Of a stretch of DNA of 64,000 nt, positions 40,421 through 53,514 are shown piece after piece. Position 1 is the stretch's first letter, and each line of letters starts with the position of its first letter. The position numbers and the translations under genes are program-made. The notes below the pieces were generated by a model. It worked only from the letters and a program-made list of their open reading frames with translations. It was not told the origin of the DNA and ran no database searches. Origin of the DNA: Octopus sinensis (lineage: Eukaryota); assembly GCF_006345805.1 (NCBI RefSeq), contig NC_043003.1, forward strand, positions 50,282,001 through 50,346,000. Direction: 5' to 3'.

Positions 40421-41870
40421 GCACTGCCAGTCCAGGGATCTCTGGAAGTTGTCCATGGGCCCTGGCCCGAAAGTCGTCCCGAACAGGCGGGTCAGGTACT
40501 CCTCGTCGACGTCCAGGTTCGCCCCGAGCTCGTCGTCGTACCTCCCCTTCACCAATCCCCTATAGAATGCTTTGGTTGTGATGAAGTCACTCAGGACGGC
40601 AGAGTTGCTTGAGAACAACGCGACACTCGCGGTGCCATTCGCCCTTCCTCGGCCTCTTTTTGATCCACAACTGCACTTCGTCCTCATGACCGAAGTGCAG
40701 TTGTGGATCAAAAAGAGGCCGAGGAAGGGCGAATGGCACCGCGAGTGTCGCGTTGTTCTCAAGCAACTCTGCCGTCCTGAGTGACTTCATCACAACCAAA
40801 GCATTCTATAGGGGATTGGTGAATGGGAGGTACGACGACGAGCTCGGGGCGAACCTGGACGTCGACGAGGAGTACCTGACCCGCCTGTTCGGGACGACTT
40901 TCGGGCCAGGGCCCATGGACAACTTCCAGAGATCCCTGGACTGGCAGTGCTACCGAGAAGCGCTACCCGTTCGGAATAAGCTCTACAGACACGGCTCGAA
41001 AAACACGGGGCCGACCTGCCCGAGATGCGGTCAGAGCGACGAAACCGTTCTGCACGCAATCGTGCAATGTCCAACAATTCCGACCTGTGGGCTCATGTCG
41101 AACAACTGCTGTCACGTGTGGGACGAGTCGGTTTATCAGCTGAGTCTATCGTCAATATTGTCACGCTTCCTTCCTTCAAACGGGAAGGAAAAGTTATTTT
41201 CATCATCCTTGTGGCTATGGCGAAAGAATGTATCTGGTGGACGCGTCTGAAAGGATTGGAGACAAACACTTTCCTCTCTGATCAATCTCTCATCAACTTC
41301 TTCAAGTACCACTTGAAAAGGAAAGTGAGAGTAGAGAGGCAAGTTTTGTCTAGCGAATGTTTTAAAAAAAGATGGTTGAATGTAGCAAGGATGGCACGTA
41401 TGAATGACGAAGCCACCTTGAGCACAATCCTATGAACCCAGAAATTGAAAACAGAGGGTTACCCACTTGCAAACAAATGTGGTAACATATAACAATATTG
41501 ACCAAGGTTACCGTGGTCTTTTTCGTAGGCTTTTCTTCCCACGGATAAACCTTACTTGCTTTCCCCTTTACACCATACATCATAACACTGTGATACACGA
41601 TCCCTATTGATCGTTGTTTTTACTCTTCCTCTTTTTTTCCTCTTTTTTCTTCTTTTTTCATTTCTTTTCTTTGTCCTTTTCCTTTTTTTCTTTTTTTTTA
41701 ATTTTATTTTTTGTTCTTTTTTTCCCTTTTACGATCCCTTTTGATCGAAAACCTACACCACCTTTTTTTTTGTTTCTTTTGTTTTTTGTTTTTTTTCATC
41801 CCCCAAAAGAAAAGCTCTACCTTGTAACTTGTCCCATCTGTGTGCAGCCCTGTGTGGCCAATAAAGAAAC
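40419..41870 (+). mobile_element. Tx1/L1-like LINE 3' fragment, copy 1, with 5' foldback
   Basis: zf-RVT-type CPRCGQSDETVLHAIVQC; T-rich 3' UTR; AATAAA; (TATC)n on both sides. Confidence 0.85.
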
Positions 41871-41952
<82 letters not shown>

Positions 41953-43109
41953 CCATGACCGAACTGCAGTCGTGGATCAAAAAGAGGCCGAGGAAGGGCG
42001 AATGGCACCGCGAGTGTCGCGTTGCTCTCAAGCAACTCTGCCGTCCTGGGTCGACCTTAAGTGACTTCAACACAACCAAAGCATTCTATAGGGGTTTAGT
42101 GGAGGGGAGGTACGACGACGAGCTCGGGGCGAACCTGGACGTCGACGAGGAGTACCTGACCCGCCTGTTCGGGACGACTTTCGGGCCAGGGCCCATGGAC
42201 AACTTCCAGAGATCCCTGGCCTGGCAGTGCTACCGAGAAGCGCTACCGTTCGGGATAAGCTCTACAGACACGGCTCGAGAAACACGGGGCCGACCTGCCC
42301 GAGATGCGGTCAGAGCGACGAAACCGTTCTGCACGCACTCGTTCAGTGTCCAACAATTTCCGACCTGTGGGCTTATGTCGAACAACTGCTGTCACGTGTT
42401 GGACGAGTCGGTTTATCAGCTGAGTCTATCGTCAATATTGTCACGCCTCCTTCCTTCAAACGGGAAGGAAGAGCTATTTTCATCATCCTTGTGGCTATGG
42501 CGAAAGAATGTATCTGGTGGACGCGTCTGAAAGGATTGGAGACAAACACTTTCCTCTCTGGTCAATCTCTCATCAACTTCTTCAAGTACCACTTGAAAAG
42601 GAAAGTGAGAGTAGAGAGGCAAGTTTTGTCTAGCGAATGTTTTAAAAAAAGATGGGTGAATATAGCAAGAATGGCACGTATGAATGACGAAGCCACTTGA
42701 GCATAGTCCTATGACCCAGAAATCGAAAACAGAGAGTTGCTTACTTGCAAAAAAAAAAAAAAAAGAAATATAAAATGTGACTTCATTGACCGAGGTTACC
42801 GTGGTCTTTTCCGTAGGCTTTTCTTCCACGGGTAAACCTCACCTGTCCTCCCCTTTACACTTCATATTGACATTTCTGTGATAACGATCCCTATTGATCA
42901 ATTTTTTTTTCCTCTCCCCTTTTTTTTTTTTTTTTTTTTTTTTCTTTTAACACCCCCCTTTCTTTTGTCCTCTTTCTCTCCTTTTACGATCCCTTTTGAT
43001 CGAAACTCCCCTTCTTTTTTTTTTTTTTTTTTTTTAAACCTTCAAAAGAAAAGCTCTACCTTGTAATTTGTTCTATCTGTGTGCAGCCCTGTGTGGCTAA
43101 TAAAGAAAC
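41953..43109 (+). mobile_element. Tx1/L1-like LINE 3' fragment, copy 2
   Basis: Same ORF2 C-terminus, frameshifted; ends aataaagaaac then (TATC)n. Confidence 0.85.
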
Positions 43110-43110
43110 A

Positions 43111-43175
<65 letters not shown>

Positions 43176-43176
<1 letters not shown>

Positions 43177-43431
43177 AACCTCACCTGTCCCCCCCTTTAC
43201 ACTTCATATTGACATTTCTGTGATAACGATCCCTATTGATCAATTTTTTTTTCCTCTCCCCCTTTTTTTTTAACCCCCCCTTTTTTTGGTCCTCTTTCTC
43301 TCCTTTTACGATCCCTTTTGATCGAAACTCCCCCTTCCTTTTTTTTTTTTTTTTTTTAAACCTTCAAAAGAAAAGCTCTACCTTGTAATTTGTTCTATCT
43401 GTGTGCAGCCCTGTGTGGCTAATAAAGAAAC
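43176..43431 (+). mobile_element. Tx1/L1-like LINE, 3' UTR only, copy 3
   Basis: Nearly identical to the copy 2 UTR; (TATC)n on both sides. Confidence 0.85.
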
Positions 43432-43501
43432 ATATCTATCTATCTATCTATCTATCATACACATATAGTATACAGACAGACGGAAAATAGATAGACTGAT
43501 G

Positions 43502-43547
<46 letters not shown>

Positions 43548-43739
43548 GAGATAGATAGATATATAGACAGCTAGATAATATAACGTTAACATATATACAT
43601 GCATATATATAATATATATGTGTGTGTATGCATGTGTACTTACATATATATCAATGTACAAATACATACACATATGTATATATATATATATAATTACATA
43701 AATATATATGTATACCTACCTCATAGGCGCTACATATAC

Positions 43740-43774
<35 letters not shown>

Positions 43775-43864
43775 AGTACGGGTGTACGCAAGTTTTGTAA
43801 TATATATATTTATATATATATACACACAAACACACACACGCACATATATATACATACATGCATA

Positions 43865-43904
<40 letters not shown>

Positions 43905-44961
43905 ACATATGTATATACGTATGTACCTATATATAAGTCTATGTATAAACATACATACATACATACATACATACATACATACATACATACATACATACAT
44001 ACATGCATACACACACATATACATACGTACCTACATACTCACACATATATGAACATGCATACGCACATAAACACACACATACGCATATTTCTGATAACAA
44101 CGGAACGACTTACAGTTCAGTCAATTAACATAACAGAAAAGACACAAGACAGCTGGTAAATATTTTTCCTGATCACTTCTCGAGAGGCACCAGACGTCAT
44201 GAAGAGAAACTGAAGAGCGGTGTGTATTGAAGGGAAGGAATTTTGGTTTTCACCTCCATTTAGTCGAAGATTTCTTTGAAAGCGAGTATCTAACAATATG
44301 AAATGGTAATCTGTACAGGTATATCCAACCGAGAGGACTACGCTTTATTTGTAGTACTTTTTGCTTATATCTTTTTGTTTTGTTGTTTACAATTTGTTTT
44401 CGTGTTTTGTTTTTGTTCATGTTTGTTTTGTCTTTTGGTTTGTCTTTTTTTTTTTCTTACAGAAAACTGGGATAAGAAGAAGAAAATAGTACAGAGCTCT
44501 ATTTACTGTGGTACCTCTGAGTTTGCTAGATTCGATTCACAATGTCGCTGGTGCATTCGTGCATACATGTGTGCGTGTGTGTGTGAGCACGACGCATTCG
44601 TGTGTATATGTGTTGTGTGTGTGTGTGTGTGTGTGTATGTATTGTGTGTCTTAATTCTTCTAGGTCTTCTAAGCATTGGAATGCACACGTGTGTTTTCTA
44701 GGCTTCTTTATTGATAGCTACGTTGTATGCATGAATATGATAATGTGGAGAATATATATACAAACACAGATATCACACACATACATATGTACAAATATAT
44801 ATACAAATATATATAATATATATATATATATATATAAAATATATAAAAATATGTTTACTGTCATGAAGATTCTTATAGTAGTCGAAAAGGAATTTTTAAC
44901 TCATATTTCTAATTTTGATATGTGGTGAAGCAGTTAGCTGAACCCTAATTATATAATATAC

Positions 44962-45095
<134 letters not shown>

Positions 45096-46097
45096 GCAGT
45101 AGATACACACACACACACCACACACACGCGCGCACACAAGGAAAATAGAAGTTGAAAATGCATTGAAAGTAGTTAAAATATAGTTTTATTATTTATATTT
45201 AAAGATTTAACCGGTTTCACAGTTTACACTGATTTTCAAGAAGTTGAAATTGAAAGATGTGATTTATGTTGCAGTTGTCTTGCTTCTGACTGGTTTTTGA
45301 AGCTTGCCCTATTTTTATAGGTAGTTCATAGCTCAAATTAGTAAGTTTTGAATAGGACTTGAAATATAATATAAATAAAATTCTTAAATATTATAATAAA
45401 TATTTATAAATTTTGAATGCAACTAACGATAAAAGTAAACAAAGTTTGTTTTTAGAAGCGTTGAGATGTATTGAAAGATACAGAAATAATTTTTTTTAAT
45501 TCTCAAACGCGTGATATTGCTAATAAAATAGCGTGAACAGGATAAATTATTCATACATAGCAGAAAAATACTGGCCGCGTTTGAGAATAAAAATTATTTC
45601 TGTATCTGTATATATAAAAGGCATGATGTGCGTGCGCGCGTGTGTGTGTGTGTACGTGAATGTAATTTATGCTCGTCCACAAATTAGCACGCATGTAGCT
45701 CCAATTTTAGGAGGACATTCGTCAACTTACTTTTCCCAGAGGCACCAGCGTATAGCAGTAAAAATAAAATTTCAACCAAAACTTTTAACAATTTTCAAGT
45801 CGGAGAAATCACCATTGTTTACACACAGGAGTTAAGTAAGTATTGAATTGAAGAAGCATTCCATATGTACGCATTGTAGAGTACATATTTACAATTATTT
45901 TCAAGAATGAGTTTTGACTTACTAACCTTCGTGCTGGAACACAGAAATCAATGTCTTAAGAAAAAATTAACAGATACTTATACACACGTATACATACATA
46001 CATACATAATACATACATACATACATACATACATACATACATACAAACAGAGAGATAGACAGACAGAGATACAGACAGACAGACAGACAGACATGTA

Positions 46098-46801
46098 TGT
46101 AGATTACGTCAGATTTCTGTGGAAGACATCACACATGTGATTAGCAGCTGCTGAAAAATGTCATCAAGGTACTATCTCCTTATGCGACATGACGTTTTTC
46201 ACAAAAGCAATGTACAATGCTATTCGGAAATTAAAAAATGACTGCCCTGGAATAAATATAGAGAATTCCGTTGTTATTGAATACGTACGCGAATACCAGC
46301 TCAGGGAGTACTAACAAAAACATTCCCAACAAAACATCTGTCAAGTGTAAAAGCATAACACGCCGGATATTGTTGTTTGAGACAGGCATGAATAAGTATG
46401 TACCGTCATTGAGGTCAACTGTTCTATTGATGTGAATATCTCTTTGAAAATCAAAGAGAAAGAAGGTAACTATTGATAACTGCTTCGAAACCTCCAGCTT
46501 CTAGACCCGGATTTCAAATTTACATTTATGCCACTAATAATTGGAACACTTGGTTTTGTAAATAAATGCCTAACTATCAATCTGGATAAGATTAGATTTC
46601 CAGAAAAAGAAATCACCAACTGATTCGCACATTACAAATTCTATCTGTAAGCGGAGCAGTAAAACTATGCAAGACTTTTCTCTGGTTTAAAATGTGATGT
46701 CGTTTTCGTTATATACCGTCCTAACATGGAGCTTTCTGTCTTTGTAAGAAACCAGCTCCTTCTTCAGAAGAAGAATTTCAATGATTAAATACAAAAGAGA
46801 C
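46098..46801 (+). mobile_element. RLE-type (R4/NeSL/CRE-like) LINE 3' fragment, decayed
   Basis: CRL(R)...EDITHVISSC...RHD zinc knuckle; PDIVV...IEV...EK endonuclease motif; PLIIGTLG; several stops and frameshifts. Confidence 0.85.
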
Positions 46802-47802
46802 AAGCATATGTAGAAACGTACGTTCATACATGCACACACTCATACATTTTATATGTGTGTATCTAACAAACATGCACGCACATGCACACAAATGCAAACA
46901 CATACACAAACACTTTCACATATGTGTAAATGGTGAACAAATTTACTTTTATCGTTGTGCTATTGAAAAATCAACTACGCTTCATTGTTATGCTATTAGA
47001 GATACTCGTACAGTACTTCATTAGTCGTTTATGACTTCGTCTTTTGGATTAATTAGCTTTAATAGAAGCTTGTTACTATCAATTATTCCAAAGTCAACTC
47101 GGTTTATCATCTTCAGGGTATGAATAGAGTGCATTCTATACAATGGTGTTCGACCCTGGACTGAAGAAATAGCATCAAAATCGCTTTGATGGTACATGCA
47201 CTAGACTTTTCATGAGGATCCAAAATATTTCGTAGCGTAAGCACAAGACTTAAGAGGAAATATATGGACACATTCCATCCATCTCTGCTATAGCTGCACT
47301 ACACATTGTTGAGTATTTTGTTGAGTAACAGACCATATCAGATCTTCTATTTTGTAGACTTCCACTCCCAATACAAAACGTAGACCGCCCGACTACAACG
47401 GAGTTATTGGCAGAGACACACAACGTAAAATTAAGGATCTCCCGAAACTAATTCTGACCAGATATGCCTGGAGCATCATTGTGAGACACATCTCGGCTGC
47501 GGCCGCTTGTAGAAGATTTTAGTGACCAGAAATTATTACTAAGTACAATTCGGCTATCCTATAATGGCAATTTTACTTTTTTCTTTGGTGCTTCCTTTTC
47601 TTTAACGGGTTTCTATGTGTATATGTTGGCCGATTGATAGGAAGCGTATGCGTGATGTATTTGCTGTAATATATCGTGGTGTTGAAATAATTTTGACGCG
47701 GCAGGGATGTTGTCCAACTGGTGTCTCTCTTTACCTGCTGTCAGTGCATCACCGTTGTTTGAGGATTTGGCCCTTTACTGTACTAAGCATATTGGCACAT
47801 AT

Positions 47803-49225
47803 CTTAGATAACTTAGATAACTTAGATATGTTTCGACCAAAGATTGGTCCAGGCCATGTCTAACTTAATAGCACCACCTGATAGGATTATTCGAATCCTG
47901 TTTAAGTCAAGTTTTGTTTAAGTCAACTTTTGTTCAAGTAGTGAGTTCTTGTTGGGTGAGTTGTATCAAGTTTTGTTCAAGTAGTGAGTTCTTGTTGGGT
48001 GAGTTGTATCCAATTATGGGTGGCTTATCTGGTATTCTTTGAAGGAATATATCCAGATTCCGTTTAAAGTTGATGGGATCCTTTTCCTCTTTGATCTCCC
48101 TCGGGAAAATGTTAAATAGGGCAGGGCCTGTTGAGGAAAAGAAATTATGTTGCAGTGTACATGTATGTTGTGATCTTGAATTAGGCAGGGGACGTATGGC
48201 CCGTGGTCCCAGTCTTGGATGAACCTTGAAGCTAATGTTAAGGTCGTTTGGGCAAAGTTGGCGGTATATTCTCCACATCGTACAAATGATGTACCGCTCA
48301 CAGCGACGCTGGAGGGAGTAAAGTTTCAAGGCTTTAAGGCGATCCCAATAATCGAGAGCAGCCATGCCTTCAATTCGTTTAGTGAGTGCCCTCTGGGGTG
48401 ACTCAATTCTGGAGATGTTTTGTCTTGTATGGGGGGACCACAGTGGGCAGCAGTATTCAAGGTGTGGCCGTACAAAGGAGGAGAAAAGTGGTATGATGAC
48501 ACCTTGTTCTCTGGACCGGAAAGTTCTTAAGATCCAGGAACTTATCCTACGAGCTATATCGACCTTCTTGTTGATGTGTGCACTCCAGCTGAGATCGTCA
48601 TCAACAATTACACCCAGGTCTCTGATATTGTTAGAGGCTGTGAGCGGTTCCCCTGAAGGAAGAGAGTATGGTTGTTTTAGTGAGGAATTTCTTCCAAAAT
48701 GCATCAGCTCAAATTTTCCCTCATTCAGTTGCATTTTGTTTCTGTCTGCCCATTGACTCACAGCATATAGATCAGACTGGAGTTGAGTTCGGTCTGCTTC
48801 TTCATTGACGATTTGGTGGAGCTTAGTGTCATCAGCAAATATTTTCACTTTGCAGTAATGTACGACACTGGAAAGGTCGTTTATGTAAACTATGAAGAGT
48901 AGCGGACCCAAAACAGTCCCCTGGGGAACACCACTGGTGACTTTTGCTGGGCTTGAGTGGACTCCATCAACTACAACATGTTGTGTTCTATTCGCCAGGA
49001 AAAACTTAATCCAGTGTAGAACTTTTCCACGGATTCCAACATTTTCCAATTTTGAGAGTAGGATATTATGGTCTACCCTGCCGAACGCTTTACTAAAGTC
49101 AAGAGTTCGAACCTGTTCCCAAGGCTTTGAGTACATCTTCAATGTGGTGTAAGAGCTGTGTTAGACAGTCCCTGCCACAGCGAAAGCCATGCTGATTTGC
49201 ATTTAGGAGTTTGTGGTGCACTTGC
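47803..49225 (-). mobile_element. CR1-like LINE, 5'-truncated
   Basis: NQHGFR, LDFSKAF, GVPQG, FADD, DLGV, LEYC motifs; (TTATCTAAG)n tail. Confidence 0.9.
47934..49103 (-). CDS. Reverse transcriptase ORF2 fragment (open frame, no native start)
   Basis: ~390 uninterrupted codons; frameshifting deletion just upstream of LDFSKAF. Confidence 0.85.
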   Translation of the reverse strand, partial: LDFSKAFGRVDHNILLSKLENVGIRGKVLHWIKFFLANRTQHVVVDGVHSSPAKVTSGVPQGTVLGPLLFIVYINDLSSVVHYCKVKIFADDTKLHQIVNEEADRTQLQSDLYAVSQWADRNKMQLNEGKFELMHFGRNSSLKQPYSLPSGEPLTASNNIRDLGVIVDDDLSWSAHINKKVDIARRISSWILRTFRSREQGVIIPLFSSFVRPHLEYCCPLWSPHTRQNISRIESPQRALTKRIEGMAALDYWDRLKALKLYSLQRRCERYIICTMWRIYRQLCPNDLNISFKVHPRLGPRAIRPLPNSRSQHTCTLQHNFFSSTGPALFNIFPREIKEEKDPINFKRNLDIFLQRIPDKPPIIGYNSPNKNSLLEQNLIQLTQQELTT

Positions 49226-50841
49226 ATGCTGGCATAGATCACGAATCGACGGTCCCTTATTTTATCGACTCCGGTAGGGTGTTCAAGAGCAAAGGTGATC
49301 TCGGTGGGATTTGAAAGTGGAACGTAAAGGGTCACAACAAATATTTAAAAAAATTTTGTCAGATACTCTAACGATTCTGTCTATCCACTACTTCCACACT
49401 AAAACGAAGAACAGAGATTCCAGATACATTCACTCTGGGTACACTCACACACACACACTCACGCACTTATTGTCGCACACACTCACGCACTCACACTTGC
49501 ACTCACTTTCACACACACTTACTCATGCACACACACGCGTATATAAATGCGTCTATGCATGGTGTATAATTTTCTTTATCCTAGAATATTGCTTTGGAAA
49601 ACAGAAGCAAACGTTAACAAGCTTATGCTTAAATCTTTCGTAAACTGAAAGCAGTGGGTTTTGTTTAAAGAGCATTGATAATGTACCATATATTTTATCT
49701 TGTTTTACGGACATATAGCTACGTATTTGCATATGCTAATAAAGAGAATTAAATACATTACATAATTACATAATGTATATTAATTCAAAAGGCAATTTTT
49801 TTTACACTACATTACTATAATAATTGAAAGGCTGTTGAAGAATATTAAGATAAGCGTCGAGAATTCGTATGCAATAAAAACATGTTATAAATTATGGAAC
49901 AGTTCTTCGAGTGCTTAAAAAGTAATGAGTCGAAATCACATTATAATTGAATACGAAAGACGTAAGTCGAGGTAGTGGTGATATTAAGTAGGCATTTATT
50001 AGTAAACATTGTTGAAAAAATACAATGCGCGTACACGTATATGTAAATCTAATATGCTTATAAACGACGTTCCACAGTAGGGTTAACCACTAGATGTGAC
50101 TGGTTCTTATTTATAGCTAAGTAGAATGAAGCAAGCTGAAATGAAGCGCTCTGCTTTAAAAACACAATGCGCTGTCTTGCTTGCATGGGAATCGAAACCA
50201 CGGCGTTTTAACCGGGACTCCAGCATGTTAACGACTAGGCCACGCTCCTTCGTACCTACATGAATACACACGCACATGCATATGCACACATTCACACACA
50301 CATCTGTATGGTATGGCTGAAACATTCGCCTGAAATGAAATATTGTTAGCCTCTCTGTTGCCGTGTGCTAAAGCCGAGTTTGGATGGCAGGAAGGTGATA
50401 TGGTGAAGCTATTATTCTTAAAGACTTCCAATAACCGGCATGGAACATTCCTCATGCAATTAATTCTTATAGGCCAATTGTTTCTCAATACAAACCGACA
50501 TCAGCTGAAAACCAGAGAATATTCCTCCTGCTGGCACAATTGTTTTGTTGTTCTCGTCGATTGCTTTCGGTTCCAGGGCTAAGCAGGCATGCATGAAAAA
50601 AGAAATCTTAAGGAGCAGCAGCTGGGAACTGAATATAATTGAGAATCTTTTGTTTTCCTTTTTCTAGGAAGGTCCAAAGATATGCAAAAAATGTGTGTAG
50701 AACGTCCGTATGTAATTGGGAAAACGAGTGTCACAGCTGTCAGCTACATGAATCCAGGGTTTCGATCTCCTTACTAGTACTTCAAATACTTTGCTTTCTA
50801 ACAAAAGCATTTAACTCACCGTGGCCGAGTTTTAAGTACCT

Positions 50842-51073
50842 ATTTCTTTACTATCCACAAGGGGCTAAACACAGAGAGGACAAACAAGGACAGACAAAGG
50901 GATTAAGACGATTACATCGACCCCAGTGCGTAACTGGTACTTAATTTATCGACCCCGAAAGGATGAAAGGCAAAGTCGACCTCGGTGGAATTTGAATTCT
51001 GAACGTAACGGCAGATGAAATACCGCAAAGCATTTCGCCCGGCATGCTAACGTTTCTGCCAGCTCGCCGCCTT
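50842..51073 (-). mobile_element. SINE family B, full length
   Basis: 17-bp TSD ccgagttttaagtacct (50825-50841 and 51074-51090). Confidence 0.93.
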
Positions 51074-51096
51074 CCGAGTTTTAAGTACCTTGAAGA

Positions 51097-51300
51097 AGGC
51101 GACAAGCCTGAGGAATCGTTAGCATGTCGGGCGAAATGCTTAGCGGCATTTTCCCCGGCTCTTTACGTTCTGAGATCAAATCCCATTGAAGTCAATGCTG
51201 CCTTTCGTCTTTTTGGTATCAATAAAATAAAGTACCTGTAAATTACTGAGATTGAGGTAATCAACTTGTCCCCTCCCCTCAAAATTTCTGGCATTGGACC
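51097..51300 (+). mobile_element. SINE family B, diverged, tail type 2
   Basis: Head and core recognisable. Confidence 0.7.
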
Positions 51301-52306
51301 CTGCAAAAGACCGGCATCCTGTTCAGTAGTAATATCGTCATCTCGCCCACTTCTATGCCATAGAAACTGAATAACCGGCCTTGCGTGTCCTAGTTATACA
51401 ATATGTAACTAATGAAAAGTTCCTAAGCTCTGAGCAAAACCGAATTAGTTGAGTTTATGCCTTTTTGGACGGTTAGCAAAACGACCTTGTTTTAGCTTTG
51501 GACTTCAAACGGAATTCATCCGAACCCCAGTTACCTTGTCGATTGAAATTTCACTGAGGCAAACTTTGCATCTCATTTTTCGGTGGTCAATAGAATTCAC
51601 GACTTGTCTTCCTTCCTTGTTTTTTGTTAAATTTCGTACGCTGGAATTTAGAAGTGGCACTTCACATACTGTTAATAGAAATCAGATCTTTAATCAAAAT
51701 TCAATAAAAAAAAAAAACTAAGAGCTGAAATTGAAACGCTGAAAAATGTCATTGTTTTCATTTTTAGTTATTGAATCTCATTCTCCAACAAGTCCTAAGT
51801 TTAGGTTGTTTAAATCATTTAAAATGAATTTCAAATTCAGATGTGAATTTTAAAAATATCTGGTGAAACAATTCAATTGTAAAGTGATGTTTATTGCTAC
51901 TTCAACATGGGTGTTCTGTACTGAACGACGCCACTACTATTTTTTAACCCCAGGAGAACACCTTCTCCAGCTGGTTAACGACAATTTTCTATTTATTCAT
52001 AAAGCATTCAGCTTCCTAGCTACAGTTTCAGAGTTAAAAATCTCACAGTTGTCGAATTGAGACTACTTATTATAATTATTCAGTAGTTTTATTTTTATAA
52101 CGTGCTTTCACAGCACTACCGAACGCAGCTCTGTGTGCCTTGGGTATGTGCTGTGGTTTGCTGTCATGCTCTTATGGTTACCGTATTGAAAGTGCTTTTC
52201 GTTGGATGTATGCAGTGCCTAGTAATGCTATTTTCTGTATGTTATATATATTTGTTAGCCCTGGTGTTTTTGTTATGTATTTATCTGAATATTCATTGAG
52301 AGAGGG

Positions 52307-52538
52307 TAATATAAAGGTGATACTAGTGGGGATCGGAGCGTTGGGCTCAATCCCATTGAAACTTCAAGACTTCTTAAGGCAACTGAAAATCCCATGCAAG
52401 ATTGATGCCTTGCAAAAAGCAGCTTTATTGGGCACAGCGCACATCCTAAGGAAAATATTATTTGCCTGAAGTCCTTGTTGTGACTTGATAGATGGCTAAA
52501 GTCTCCGGTGCATTTTACCTACGCTGTTTTACGAAGGG
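52307..52538 (+). mobile_element. R4/Dong-like LINE 3' fragment
   Basis: KVILVGIGALG...QKAALLGTAHILRKIL*; UTR followed by ataataat. Confidence 0.8.
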
Positions 52539-52556
52539 ATAATAATGATAATAGTT

Positions 52557-52616
<60 letters not shown>

Positions 52617-53124
52617 TTATTATTATTATTATTATTATCGTTCTTCCAATTCTTAGACCGGGTGGTGCGTGATTCTCGAGCAAAACGCCTCTCGCGTTGC
52701 TTAGCAGTCACATCGGCAGCTCACGCGTGGCAAATCGTGAACCTGTCCAGGCAACGTCGATTTGGTGGAGGGGTTGAGCTAATGTACAGCACGTAATATA
52801 TTTGATCACTATAAACAAATCATTTGTCTAGGTCGTTCGGCAAAATGCTGAACACGAAGTCATCTGATACGGAAGAATACATCATTGTTATTATTTTTTT
52901 TTCTTTTATTCTTTTCCTTGTTTCAGCCATGCGGCTGCGGTCATGCTGGAAAATATTCAAAGTGTTTCAAAGACCGAGAATTTCGTACATGACACTTATG
53001 CAACTCACTGCACCTAAATAATTTTCTAACTTCTGCCAATTAGAAATAAGATACTTATACTCACTTATTGATTTTCATCTGGTTTCTTCTATCGAACCTA
53101 TATATATATATATATATAATATAT

Positions 53125-53438
53125 ATAATATATGTATATAATTTAGAGAAATAACCTCTATTAAGCAATTCAATAGTGAAAGACATTATTCATATTAAAT
53201 AGAAAAAATTTAAATATACTATAATTAATTTTAAATCGAATTAATTTTAATAGTATCGATTTTATTATTATCTATTATTATCTACGAAACGCGCGTAGTT
53301 AATTTAATGTTAATTTATTGATTTTTTGAATAATATTTATTATAGTATAATTTAATTTTTTTTCTATTTAATATGGATGTCTTTCACTATTTAATTGCTT
53401 AATAGAAGTTATTTCTCTTAATTATATACATATATTAT
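53125..53438. mobile_element. AT-rich MITE-like foldback in (TA)n
   Basis: ~100-bp imperfect inverted arms. Confidence 0.7.
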
Positions 53439-53514
53439 GTATTGGGAAATTTGATTTAAAATTGTTAAATTGAATTTTTCCCTGTATGTTTGGAATTATA
53501 TTCCCTACTATTAT

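Noticed and set aside
47785-49240. 16-bp TSD around the CR1-like LINE
   Set aside because: Only 12/16 identical, too diverged for an element with an intact ORF
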